Shown one piece after another: positions 39,157-49,272 of a stretch of DNA of 64,000 nt. The position numbers and the translations under genes are program-made. Origin of the DNA: Candidatus Omnitrophota bacterium (lineage in GTDB: Bacteria > Omnitrophota > Gorgyraeia > Gygaellales > Profunditerraquicolaceae); NCBI GenBank assembly GCA_026387335.1, contig JAPLLX010000001.1, positions 170,620 through 234,619 on the forward strand, in the 5' to 3' direction. The notes beneath the pieces are model-generated. The model was not told the DNA's origin. It made no database searches and was given only the letters and a program-made list of their open reading frames with translations. Each line of letters opens with the position of its first letter. Within the stretch, counting starts at the first letter, position 1.

Positions 39157-40248
39157 ATGAAGGTATTGATTACTTATGCTTCTGCCGGAGCTGGCCATCG
39201 CAGGGTAGCCGAAGCAGTATATAATTATTTTAAGGAAAACCGGCCGGAAGTTGAATTAAAGATAGTTGATATACTGGCGCAAACCAATGCCTTATTCAGG
39301 TTTGATTATACCAAAGGTTATACATTTCTTATAAGGCATGCGGTTGCATTGTGGCACTTCGCATTTTGGCTGACTGAGTTTAAGGTTTTTAGGCCTTTAA
39401 CGCGTTTAATCGCCTCCACGATCAACTCCATCAATACGCGCGGTTTTGTTTCATATTTAGTCAGCGAAAACCCGGATTATATAATCTCCACGCATTTCCT
39501 GCCTTCAGAAATCGCCGGCCGCCTAAAATTAAAAAATAAGATAAGCTCAAAGTTAGTTACCATAATTACGGATTTTGGAGTGCATCCATTCTGGATAGCT
39601 AAAGGCACTGATTTTTACGTCGTGGCATCGGATTTTACTAAAGATAGGCTTTTAGCCGAAGGCGTGCCGGAAGATAAGGTAAAGGTATTTGGCTTGCCTT
39701 CCGACGCTAAATTCTTAAAACAGTTTGACAGGCTGGCTTTGGGCAATAAGCTGGGAATTCAGGTGGATAAATTCACGGTTTTACTTATGACGGGATCTTT
39801 TGGCACTGGCCCGCTTGAGGATATTGCCGAATTATTAGCTCCCGAGGCGCAGGTTATCCTTGTGTGCGCGGGTAATAAAAAGTTATACGCAAGATTAACC
39901 GCCAGAAACCTAGCCAATGTAAAGGTTTTTGGATTTGTAAATAACGCCGAAGAGCTTATGGCGGTTTCCGATGTTATTGTAACTAAGCCCGGCGGCTCCA
40001 CTATCGCTGAGATACTTAATATGGAGCTGGCCCCGATATTTATATCTATGATCCCCGGCCAGGAAGAAGCAAACGTCCGGGCCTTAAAACAATTCGGGAT
40101 AGGCGCTAGCCCTAAAGGTATCCCTGAGGTAAAGGATTTAATCCTAGATTTAAAAAACCACCCTGAAAAACTTAAGGAAATAAAAGAAAGAATCCAAAAA
40201 ATAAAGAAGCCTTTCAGCTGCCAGGAGTTATCCGGTGTTATACGCTAA
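39157..40248 (+). CDS. MGDG synthase / UgtP-like GT28 glycosyltransferase
   Basis: GAGH, STHFLP, TDF..HPFW, TKPGG, PGQE..N; start likely ATG 39157. Confidence 0.88.
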   Translation: MKVLITYASAGAGHRRVAEAVYNYFKENRPEVELKIVDILAQTNALFRFDYTKGYTFLIRHAVALWHFAFWLTEFKVFRPLTRLIASTINSINTRGFVSYLVSENPDYIISTHFLPSEIAGRLKLKNKISSKLVTIITDFGVHPFWIAKGTDFYVVASDFTKDRLLAEGVPEDKVKVFGLPSDAKFLKQFDRLALGNKLGIQVDKFTVLLMTGSFGTGPLEDIAELLAPEAQVILVCAGNKKLYARLTARNLANVKVFGFVNNAEELMAVSDVIVTKPGGSTIAEILNMELAPIFISMIPGQEEANVRALKQFGIGASPKGIPEVKDLILDLKNHPEKLKEIKERIQKIKKPFSCQELSGVIR

Positions 40249-42076
40249 AATAGTGGTGGGGCTAGCAGTCAGCGGCCCGTTTGATTATATTGTCCCTGAG
40301 GCAATAAAAGAAAAAATTAAAGTAGGCGTAAGGGTCTGGGTTAGCTTCGGAACCCGGCGCATAGTTGGTTATGTGGTGGGGTTAGCCAAAAAGAGCGGGG
40401 TTAAGAATTTAAAACCGGTATTAGAGCTGATTGATGAGCAGCCATTGTTAACTGAGAAGTTACTTTTACTGACTAAGTGGATAGCGGATTACTATTGTTG
40501 CTCTTGGGGCGAGGCAATTGAAACAGCGATACCTGAGGATTTAAGAAAGGGAAAGAAAACAGGGGACGCTTCGGGGGTTTTAAAAGTAGAAACTACCGAA
40601 GCGTCCCCTTATCTTTTAATTCATGATTTGGATGGCCAGGCGCGCTGGGATGTGTATATAGCTGAGATAAAAAAGGCCTTAGATAGTAAGTTATCAGCGA
40701 TACTCTTGTTACCGGATGTGCCTTATGTATTTAAGGCTCGCGATACAATTGAGAAGCGTTTGGGAATAAATGCCCGGATCTTATACCGTAAGCAGCCAAA
40801 AGAATTAGAAGAGTGGGTCAAACTTAAGGACAATGAACCCAAGGTCGTTGTGGGCACGCGCTCAGCAGTTTTTGCGCCGTTAAGTAATTTAGGCCTGATG
40901 ATTATAGACGATGAAGAGGATTCGGTCTATAAACAGGAACAGGCGCCGCATTATCACGCCCGGGAAGCAGGATTAACCCGCTCTAAATTAGAGGGTTTTA
41001 AGCTGATTTTAGGGAGCAGTGCGCCTTCGTTAGAAAGTTTTTATTTAAGCAAGAAACAAAAAGCTAAATATACGCTTATTCCCAGGAGAAAAGAGTTTCC
41101 CGAAGTTAAAATTATTGATACGCGGCGTTTACCTTTTCAAGCGGGAAAGAAAAAAGCTATTTTGTCCCGCTTGCTGGAAGATTCTATCTATTCTGTTTTA
41201 AATGAAAAAGGTAAGACACTTTTATTTCTTAACCGCCGGGGTTTTGCTACAAGCGCAACCTGTCATAATTGCGGAAAAGTCCTTAAATGCCCGCGCTGTA
41301 GTATAAATTTAGTTTATCATTTTAAAGAAGATTTGTTAGGTTGCCACTATTGTAATTTTAAGATGCAACCTCCAAAGATATGTCCGGAATGTAATTCCGG
41401 TTATATTAAATTTTCCGGAGCAGGGACAGAGAAGATAGAGAGCGAGCTCGCCCGTATATTTCCGCAGGCCAGGATCAATATATTGGATGAGAATAATTTA
41501 AATCCGCAGAATTCCGATATAGCAATAGCCACGAGCAGTGTTATCAGACAGGCTGGGTTAGAGTTTGACCTTATAGGCGTTTTAGGGATAGATAACGCCT
41601 TAAACCGCGTGGACTTTCGTTCTACGGAGAAAGTCTCCGGTTTATTATCCGGGCTAATCAGCCTGACGCGCAAGAAATTTCTGATTCAGACCGGCTTGCC
41701 TGCGCACCATTGTTTTCAAGCGCTGCTAAAAAAAGACGCCAATTTCTTCTATGAAGAAGAGCTAAAGCAAAGAAGGCAGCTGGGATTTCCGCCATATAAA
41801 CATATGGTTTTAGTAAAATTGCGGGCTAAAATTGAGGATAAGGTCAAAGATGCCGCAGAGTCATTATGCGCTAACTTAAGAGAAATAAACAAAAGTAAAG
41901 ATATTGAAATAGTTGCGGTTAATCCGTCTAACCCGGCTAAGCTAAGAGGGAATTATCATTGGCAGGTGTTGCTACGCTGTAGCAAGGTAATTGCGGCCAG
42001 CGCGTTCTTAAGAAATAGTTTAAAAAATTTCCGGCATTCGGGTATAATAGTAACCGTAGATGTTGATCCATTATAA
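40235..42076 (+). CDS. priA: Primosomal protein N' with degenerate helicase motifs
   Basis: FDYIVP, GTRSAVFAP, YKQEQAPHYHARE, LNRRGFA, four CxxC pairs, GTEKIE, FPPY, DVDP. Confidence 0.9.
   Translation: MLYAKIVVGLAVSGPFDYIVPEAIKEKIKVGVRVWVSFGTRRIVGYVVGLAKKSGVKNLKPVLELIDEQPLLTEKLLLLTKWIADYYCCSWGEAIETAIPEDLRKGKKTGDASGVLKVETTEASPYLLIHDLDGQARWDVYIAEIKKALDSKLSAILLLPDVPYVFKARDTIEKRLGINARILYRKQPKELEEWVKLKDNEPKVVVGTRSAVFAPLSNLGLMIIDDEEDSVYKQEQAPHYHAREAGLTRSKLEGFKLILGSSAPSLESFYLSKKQKAKYTLIPRRKEFPEVKIIDTRRLPFQAGKKKAILSRLLEDSIYSVLNEKGKTLLFLNRRGFATSATCHNCGKVLKCPRCSINLVYHFKEDLLGCHYCNFKMQPPKICPECNSGYIKFSGAGTEKIESELARIFPQARINILDENNLNPQNSDIAIATSSVIRQAGLEFDLIGVLGIDNALNRVDFRSTEKVSGLLSGLISLTRKKFLIQTGLPAHHCFQALLKKDANFFYEEELKQRRQLGFPPYKHMVLVKLRAKIEDKVKDAAESLCANLREINKSKDIEIVAVNPSNPAKLRGNYHWQVLLRCSKVIAASAFLRNSLKNFRHSGIIVTVDVDPL
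40561..40609. repeat. In-frame palindromic element inside priA
   Basis: 14-bp perfect IR AGGGGACGCTTCGG / CCGAAGCGTCCCCT. Confidence 0.75.
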
Positions 42077-42131
42077 TGACCAATGACCAAATCCCAATGC
42101 CGAATGAAATTCCAATGATTCAATATCCAAT
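42075..42131 (+). repeat. Degenerate heptamer tandem repeat (AATGACC-like)
   Basis: aatgacc aatgacc aaatccc aatgccg aatgaaattcc aatgattc aatatcc fills the priA-fmt gap. Confidence 0.65.
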
Positions 42132-43082
42132 ATGAAAATAATATTTTTTGGCAGCGCACATTTTGCGGTTCCGGCATTAGAGGCTTTGATAAAAAGCCCT
42201 TATGAAGTTTGTTGCGTGGTGACCCAGCCTGATAAAAAGAAGGGCAGGGATATGCATTTGGCTGCGACCGATATAAAGGCTGCGGCGAAACTGGCGGGAT
42301 TAAAAGTTTTCCAGCCGGAAAGTGTAAATTCTCCTGAAGCGCTGAATTACCTGAAGAGTTTCTCTGCCGATTTATTGGTTATTGTCGCTTACGGCCAGAT
42401 TTTATCCCAAGAAGTATTAGATATACCTAAGGTTATACCCATCAATATACATGCTTCACTTTTGCCGAAATACCGGGGAGCCGCTCCTATAAATTGGGCT
42501 ATAATTAATGGCGAGAGCTCTACAGGCGTAACTATTATTAAGGTAATCCGTAAGATGGATACCGGGCCCATAATCGCGCAAAAAGAAGTTTCTATAAACA
42601 AAGACGATGACGCAATAACCCTAGAGGAAAAACTACGCTCGCTGGGCGCGGAGTTATTAATGGCTGCGCTTAAGGATATAATGAATAAAACATTTAAATT
42701 AATTGAGCAGGATGAAGCCCAAGCGGTAATGGCGCCTAAATTAAAAAAGGTTAACGGTTATATTGATTGGGCCAGGCCCGCTAGTGAAATCAATAATCTA
42801 GTAAGAGGATGTCTACTCTGGCCAGGCGCTTTTACATATTATAAAGGGAAGCTGCTTAAGATTTTTAAGGCTGAATTCGGGCCAGATTTAAGCTGCAAAA
42901 ATAAAATTCAGCCTGGAGAAGTCGCGCAAATCACAGAGCCTAAAAACGAGATAGTTGTAGCAACCGCTAGAGGCTTTCTGATGATTGAAGAGCTGCAATT
43001 AGAGGCTGGTAAGAGAATGAGCGCTAAGGAATTTGTCCACGGCCATAAAATTAAGGCCGGCGACCTCTTTGGGAAAAAGTAG
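42132..43082 (+). CDS. fmt: Methionyl-tRNA formyltransferase
   Basis: VVTQPD, AYGQIL, NIHASLLPKYRGAAPI, MDTGPI. Confidence 0.95.
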   Translation: MKIIFFGSAHFAVPALEALIKSPYEVCCVVTQPDKKKGRDMHLAATDIKAAAKLAGLKVFQPESVNSPEALNYLKSFSADLLVIVAYGQILSQEVLDIPKVIPINIHASLLPKYRGAAPINWAIINGESSTGVTIIKVIRKMDTGPIIAQKEVSINKDDDAITLEEKLRSLGAELLMAALKDIMNKTFKLIEQDEAQAVMAPKLKKVNGYIDWARPASEINNLVRGCLLWPGAFTYYKGKLLKIFKAEFGPDLSCKNKIQPGEVAQITEPKNEIVVATARGFLMIEELQLEAGKRMSAKEFVHGHKIKAGDLFGKK

Positions 43083-43110
43083 TTGCATAATGGTCTTGTT
43101 ATGTTATAAT
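43083..43110 (+). promoter_or_regulatory. Sigma70 promoter for the galT pair (probably leaderless)
   Basis: TTGCAT-N16-TATAAT with TG extension; ATG 8 nt downstream, no SD. Confidence 0.65.
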
Positions 43111-43118
43111 TTCAGCTT

Positions 43119-44144
43119 ATGCCAGAACTAAGAAAAGATCCGATTATCGGCAGGTGGGTAATTATTGCTACTGAGCGCGCTAAAAGGCCCGATCAATTCA
43201 GCAGTAAGCAGGAAGAATTGCCTCCTGATAAGTCTTGCCCTTTTTGCGAAGGTTCAGAATCCCAGACTCCCCCGGAAATTTATTCCATAAGGCCAACGAA
43301 TACTGCGCCCAATACACCCGGCTGGGAATTAAGGGTCGTGCCCAGCATCGCCCCGTTTTTAAGGATAGAGGGCGAGCTTGACCGAAGAGGTAAGGGCCTT
43401 TATGACATGATGAACGGTATCGGCGCGCACGAGATCATCGTGGAGACGAACCAGCATATCGCTAATATGAGCGATTTAAGCGCTGAGCAGATAGCTAAGG
43501 TTTTAAAGTGCTATTCCGATAGAATCACGGATTTAGAGAAAGACAAACGTTTTAAATATGCTCTGGTGTTTAAGAATTACGGGAAAAGCGCCGGGGGCAG
43601 TTCTTTAAAGCATTCCCGCTCCCAACTTATTGCTACACCCGTAAACCCCAAGCGCGTAAAGGAAGAACTTGCCGGTTCCAAACAATATTTTGATTATCAT
43701 GAAAGATGTATATTCTGCGATTTAATCCGGCAGGAGATTGAACAGAAAGACCGCATAGTCCTGGATTTGGATGGTTTTATCGCTATTACGCCGTTTGCGG
43801 CGAGGTTTCCTTTTGAAATCTGGATACTCCCTAAAAAACACTGTTGTGATTTTACTTGTCTGGATGCAGAATCCATAAAAAATTTAGGCAAGGTTATGAA
43901 AATAGTCCTTTCTAAACTTAAGAAAGGATTAAATGACCCGCCGTATAATTATGTTATTCATACCGCGCCTTTTCGCAGGCAGAAGGCCGGCTACTGGAAG
44001 ACGGTAGATCAGGATTATCACTGGCACATTGAGATTATGCCCCGTCTGACGCGCGTTGCCGGTTTTGAATGGGGAACGGGATTTTATATCTGTCCGCTTC
44101 CACCGGAAGACGCCGCTACTTTTTTAAGAGGAGTAGAAGTATAA
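43119..44144 (+). CDS. galT: Galactose-1-phosphate uridylyltransferase-like protein lacking the nucleophilic His
   Basis: ELRKDP, CPFC, GAHEII, HWHIEI, AGFEWGTG; HPH motif is HSR. Confidence 0.85.
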   Translation: MPELRKDPIIGRWVIIATERAKRPDQFSSKQEELPPDKSCPFCEGSESQTPPEIYSIRPTNTAPNTPGWELRVVPSIAPFLRIEGELDRRGKGLYDMMNGIGAHEIIVETNQHIANMSDLSAEQIAKVLKCYSDRITDLEKDKRFKYALVFKNYGKSAGGSSLKHSRSQLIATPVNPKRVKEELAGSKQYFDYHERCIFCDLIRQEIEQKDRIVLDLDGFIAITPFAARFPFEIWILPKKHCCDFTCLDAESIKNLGKVMKIVLSKLKKGLNDPPYNYVIHTAPFRRQKAGYWKTVDQDYHWHIEIMPRLTRVAGFEWGTGFYICPLPPEDAATFLRGVEV

Positions 44145-44145
44145 A

Positions 44146-45147
44146 ATGGGTGAATTAAGGAGAGATCCGGTTGTGGGCAGGTGGGTGATCGTAGATACTG
44201 ATCATCCCAGCGCGCCGAGCGACTTTCAATATGAACAGTATATTCAAAAAGGAGGAGTTTGTCCTTTTTGCTACGGTAACGAAGCGATGACTCCGCCGGA
44301 AATTGACGCGATCCGCGAGCCGGGGACGCAAGCCAATACTTCAGGGTGGCAGGTGCGGGTTGTCCCGAATAAATTCCCGGCGCTACAGGTGGAAGGGGAA
44401 TTAAATAGAAGGCCGCAGGGGATATATGATATGTCCAGCGGAATAGGCGCGCATGAAGTACTGGTAGAGACGCCGTATCATGCCAAGGATATCTGTGATT
44501 TATTGCCGCAGGAGGTTGAAAATTATTTAAAGATGTGCTGCCGCCGGGCGATAGATCTAGCTAAAGATAAACGCTTTAAGTATCTTATGTTTTTTAGGAA
44601 TTTCGGTTCAGCTGCAGGGGCATCGTTAGAGCATCCGCATACCCAGATTGTCGCGCTTCCGATGGTGCCTAAGAACGCGTTAGAGGAAATACACGGGGCC
44701 AAGAATTATTTTGAGTACCGCGAAAGATGCATATTTTGCGATATTATCCGGCAGGAAACTCAGGAAAAAGAACGCATAATCCTGGAGAATAAATATTTTA
44801 TATCATTTTGTCCGTTTGTTTCGCGTTTTCCGTTTGAAATCTGGATAATGCCGAAAAAGCACAGCGGGCATTTTTGCTATATGACCCAGGAAGAAATCCA
44901 GGCCTTGGCTGAAGTTTTGAAAGAAACAATAGCTAAAATAAAAAAAGTATTTATTAATTTGTCTTACAATTATATTATTCATTCTGCACCAATCAATGGC
45001 GATGGGGAAATGGAGTATTACCATTGGCATATTGAATTCATGCCTAAGCTTACGCAGGTTGCCGGTTTTGAATGGGGGACGGGATTTTATATTGACCCCA
45101 CCTCTCCGGAATTAGCCGCCAAGCACTTAAAGGCGATAAAAGAATAA
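44146..45147 (+). CDS. galT: Galactose-1-phosphate uridylyltransferase (intact)
   Basis: VPNKFPAL, AGASLEHPHTQ, AGFEWGTG. Confidence 0.9.
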   Translation: MGELRRDPVVGRWVIVDTDHPSAPSDFQYEQYIQKGGVCPFCYGNEAMTPPEIDAIREPGTQANTSGWQVRVVPNKFPALQVEGELNRRPQGIYDMSSGIGAHEVLVETPYHAKDICDLLPQEVENYLKMCCRRAIDLAKDKRFKYLMFFRNFGSAAGASLEHPHTQIVALPMVPKNALEEIHGAKNYFEYRERCIFCDIIRQETQEKERIILENKYFISFCPFVSRFPFEIWIMPKKHSGHFCYMTQEEIQALAEVLKETIAKIKKVFINLSYNYIIHSAPINGDGEMEYYHWHIEFMPKLTQVAGFEWGTGFYIDPTSPELAAKHLKAIKE

Positions 45148-45179
45148 AACCAATATATTAATCAAAAGGAGGAAACAAA

Positions 45180-46230
<1,051 letters not shown>

Positions 46231-46232
<2 letters not shown>

Positions 46233-46302
46233 TAAATAGGGACAGCGACCGTTTTTTCTAATACTATATACACGAAAAAAACGGTCGCTGTCCCTATTTA
46301 TT
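46231..46302. repeat. Long palindromic REP-like element, copy 1
   Basis: 27-bp perfect IR AATAAATAGGGACAGCGACCGTTTTTT / AAAAAACGGTCGCTGTCCCTATTTATT. Confidence 0.92.
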
Positions 46303-46305
46303 TCT

Positions 46306-48546
46306 ATGGCGCTTCTATCTACTATTTTTATTATCGGTTTAAGCGGCTTAATCGCTCAGATTATTATCCTGCGCGAGCTTCTGGTCAATTTTTCCGGTAA
46401 TGAGTTAACCGTAGGCATTATTCTGGCTAACTGGGTTATTCTGGAAGCCGCCGGTGTTTTTTTCCTCGGAAAAGCTATAGAGAGGATTAAGAATAAATTA
46501 AGCGTTTTTATAGCTTTAAATATACTCTTCGCGTTGATCCTGCCGTTTACTATTTACTTTGCGCGCACGTTTAAGGCGTTTACAGGCCTACCTTTTATAG
46601 AAGCGGTTTCTTTACCCGTTATATTCTTCTCTTCGTTGGCGATAATCTTTCCAGCGGCATTTTTACATGGCGCGCTCTTTAGCTGCGCTTGTAAGGAACA
46701 TTCCTTAATAACCAACAACTCTGAACGCTCAATAAGGATGGTTTATGCCTGGGAGGCCCTTGGGACAATATTCGGCGGGATAATTCTGGTATTTTTACTC
46801 ATACCGCGCCTGACTTCATTTCAAATAGTGCTTATTATTTCCTTCCTAAATATTATTTTGTCCATTTTTCTTACCCGGGCTAAGAAAAGATATTTTTATC
46901 TGTGCGTTATTACGTTTTTATGCGTTTTATTTTCCGCTAAAGCCGCGGGTTATTTGCAAAGAGCCTCAATTGATAAACAATGGCAGGGCCAGTTTATCCT
47001 GGATTATCGGAATTCTAATTACGCTAATATTACCGTAACCAAAAAACTTAACCAGTACACCTTTTTCTATAACGGAGTGCCGGCGATTACTACTCCTTTC
47101 CCGGATAAGCAATTTGTCAGCGACTTCGCCAACTTACCGTTATTATTTCATGACTCGCCGCAGGATATCCTGATTGTAGGTTCCGGTATCGGAGGCTTAA
47201 TCGCAGAGTCCCTGAAACACCCCCTCAAAAGCCTGGATTATGTTGAAATTGACCCCTTGATTATCAAGTTACTTAAAGAATACCCTACGTCTTTAAGCGA
47301 AGCTGAGCTCGCTGACAGCAGAGTAAATATTATTAATACCGACCCCCGGCTGTTCTTAATGACCAGCAAAAAATCTTACGATGTGATTTTGATAGGGCTA
47401 TCGGCTCAAGCGGATTTATCCAGTAACCGGTTTTTTACGGAAGAGTTTTTTAAGAGGGCTAAGATGAGACTAAATCCCAAAGGTATAATCGCTTTGTGGA
47501 TGCCAGGTTCATTGACCTACCTGAGCAGTGAGTTAAAAGATCTGAATAACTGCGTATGGAATAGTTTAAGGCTTTCTTTTAAATATACGCGCGTCATTCC
47601 TGGAGATTACAACATATTTATCGCTTCTGAGGCAGACGGGATAATGCTGGTTAATCCTACTTTATTATCCGAGAGGCTAATGAAGCGCGGTGTCGCGCAG
47701 GGGATACTCATTCCGGATTATCTTCAAGAGCGCTTAAGCCAGAGGTGGCTGGATTGGTTTAATCAGGAACTTAGGTTAGCCACAAAGGAGAGTAATCAGG
47801 ACCTGCGGCCCGCGGCAGTATATGCAACCTTAAAGATTATAAATAAGAAGTTCTCTCCCGGATTTAGCCGGGTATTTAGTTATCTTGGCTATGTTAATTT
47901 AAAATTATTATTCCTTATAATTTTTCTGATGAGCTTAGGGGTAATGGTTGTCTCTAAAATTAAACGTGATCCAAAAATCCCGGTTGCCTACGCGATTTTT
48001 ACAACCGGATTTTTCGGAATGCTGGCTAACCTGCTTTTATTATTTGCTTACCAGGTTTCTTACGGGTGCTTGTATCAGATGATAAGTATATTAACCGCGG
48101 TATTTATCTTTGGAGCCGCAATAGGGGTTATTTTACTTTCTCCGGCGTTTAGCCGGCTAAAGAAACCGGGATCAATTTTAATTATAATGGAAGCCTTAAT
48201 AATTAGTTTTATATTTATACTGGGGTCAGTTATTACCAGAGGCAACGTTATTTTAAACAATTCAGCTGCAATTTTCTATTGCCTATTGTTTATTGCGGGC
48301 TTACTTATGGGCCTGGAATTTCCTTTAGCCGCCAAGATATACCTAAAAGATAATAGGGATAACGCAGGCGCTGTTTCAGGGTTGCTTTATGCCAGCGATC
48401 TTATTGGCGGGTGGTTAGCCGGAATATTCGGGGGAGTCGTATTTTTGCCCGTGTTAGGCTTTTTTAATACCTGCCTGCTTATGGTTATGTTGAAGCTGAG
48501 CAGCCTTCTTGTGTTAATAAATAGGGACAGCGACCGTTTTTTCTAA
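46306..48546 (+). CDS. Membrane-fused spermidine-synthase-like (SAM-binding) protein
   Basis: N- and C-terminal TM bundles around ILIVGSGIGG, VEIDP, YDVIL, FFTEEFF. Confidence 0.8.
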   Translation: MALLSTIFIIGLSGLIAQIIILRELLVNFSGNELTVGIILANWVILEAAGVFFLGKAIERIKNKLSVFIALNILFALILPFTIYFARTFKAFTGLPFIEAVSLPVIFFSSLAIIFPAAFLHGALFSCACKEHSLITNNSERSIRMVYAWEALGTIFGGIILVFLLIPRLTSFQIVLIISFLNIILSIFLTRAKKRYFYLCVITFLCVLFSAKAAGYLQRASIDKQWQGQFILDYRNSNYANITVTKKLNQYTFFYNGVPAITTPFPDKQFVSDFANLPLLFHDSPQDILIVGSGIGGLIAESLKHPLKSLDYVEIDPLIIKLLKEYPTSLSEAELADSRVNIINTDPRLFLMTSKKSYDVILIGLSAQADLSSNRFFTEEFFKRAKMRLNPKGIIALWMPGSLTYLSSELKDLNNCVWNSLRLSFKYTRVIPGDYNIFIASEADGIMLVNPTLLSERLMKRGVAQGILIPDYLQERLSQRWLDWFNQELRLATKESNQDLRPAAVYATLKIINKKFSPGFSRVFSYLGYVNLKLLFLIIFLMSLGVMVVSKIKRDPKIPVAYAIFTTGFFGMLANLLLLFAYQVSYGCLYQMISILTAVFIFGAAIGVILLSPAFSRLKKPGSILIIMEALIISFIFILGSVITRGNVILNNSAAIFYCLLFIAGLLMGLEFPLAAKIYLKDNRDNAGAVSGLLYASDLIGGWLAGIFGGVVFLPVLGFFNTCLLMVMLKLSSLLVLINRDSDRFF

Positions 48547-48584
48547 TACTATATACGCGGAAAAATGGTCGCTGTCCCTATTTA
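48516..48584. repeat. Long palindromic REP-like element, copy 2 (overlaps 3' end of upstream CDS)
   Basis: 48515-48556 identical to 46230-46271 (42 nt); right arm GGTCGCTGTCCCTATTTA. Confidence 0.92.
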
Positions 48585-48608
48585 ATCTATTGTTTTTGGG
48601 TATTGCGG

Positions 48609-48617
48609 TGGTATAAT
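48609..48617 (+). promoter_or_regulatory. Extended -10 promoter of the ECF sigma gene (leaderless)
   Basis: TGgTATAAT ends 7 nt before GTG 48625; no SD. Confidence 0.6.
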
Positions 48618-48624
48618 AAATTTT

Positions 48625-49233
48625 GTGACTGATTTAGATTTCGTCCAGAAATGCGTCAAAGGGGACAGCCAATCCTGGGATGAATTCTTAAAACGTTATT
48701 CCCGCCTGATATATAAGTATATCCACAGCGTATTAAACTCTAAGAACATTCTTGCCTCTAACCCTGACCATATAGACGATATATTTCAGGGTTTTTTCTC
48801 TTCTTTGATCCAAGACGACTATAAAAAACTAAAAAGCTTTAGAGGTATAAATGGCTGTAGCCTGGCCAGCTGGTTAAGGCTGCTTACTATAAATTTCACC
48901 CTGGATTATCTGCGTAGGGTTAAACCGGCATTTTCTCTGGAAGCTGAGAATGACGAAGGTTTTAGCCTTAAGGATACACTAGCTGATGGTTCAATTTCCG
49001 TGCCTGAGCTGCTTGCCCAGGAAGAAATGTTAAAGAGCCTGGAGGATTGCCTGGACGGTTTAAGCCTGCAAAGCAGGTTTCTTATAGAGTTAAATATTAA
49101 TCAAGGCGTAAAGCTGGAGGCCTTAAAAGATTTATTTAAACTTTCCCGCGGGGCCATAGATATGCAGAAGAAGAGGATTATTGATAAACTAAGAGAGTGT
49201 TTTAGGAGTAAAGGTTTTAAGTTAGATTTTTAA
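48625..49233 (+). CDS. ECF-type RNA polymerase sigma factor
   Basis: Region 2 (GDSQSWDEFLKRYSRLI, DDIFQ, SLASWL..N..LDYLRR) and region 4 HTH-like C-terminus; 202 aa. Confidence 0.88.
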   Translation: MTDLDFVQKCVKGDSQSWDEFLKRYSRLIYKYIHSVLNSKNILASNPDHIDDIFQGFFSSLIQDDYKKLKSFRGINGCSLASWLRLLTINFTLDYLRRVKPAFSLEAENDEGFSLKDTLADGSISVPELLAQEEMLKSLEDCLDGLSLQSRFLIELNINQGVKLEALKDLFKLSRGAIDMQKKRIIDKLRECFRSKGFKLDF

Positions 49234-49249
49234 GGCGCTTGCGTCTATT
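49215..49249 (+). promoter_or_regulatory. Candidate ECF promoter, copy 1 (embedded in sigma gene 3' end)
   Basis: TTTTAAGTTAGATTT-N11-GCGTCTATT, same sequence and spacing as 52764-52798; CGTC-type -10. Confidence 0.65.
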
Positions 49250-49272
49250 ATACTAAGGAGGGGACTATCAAT

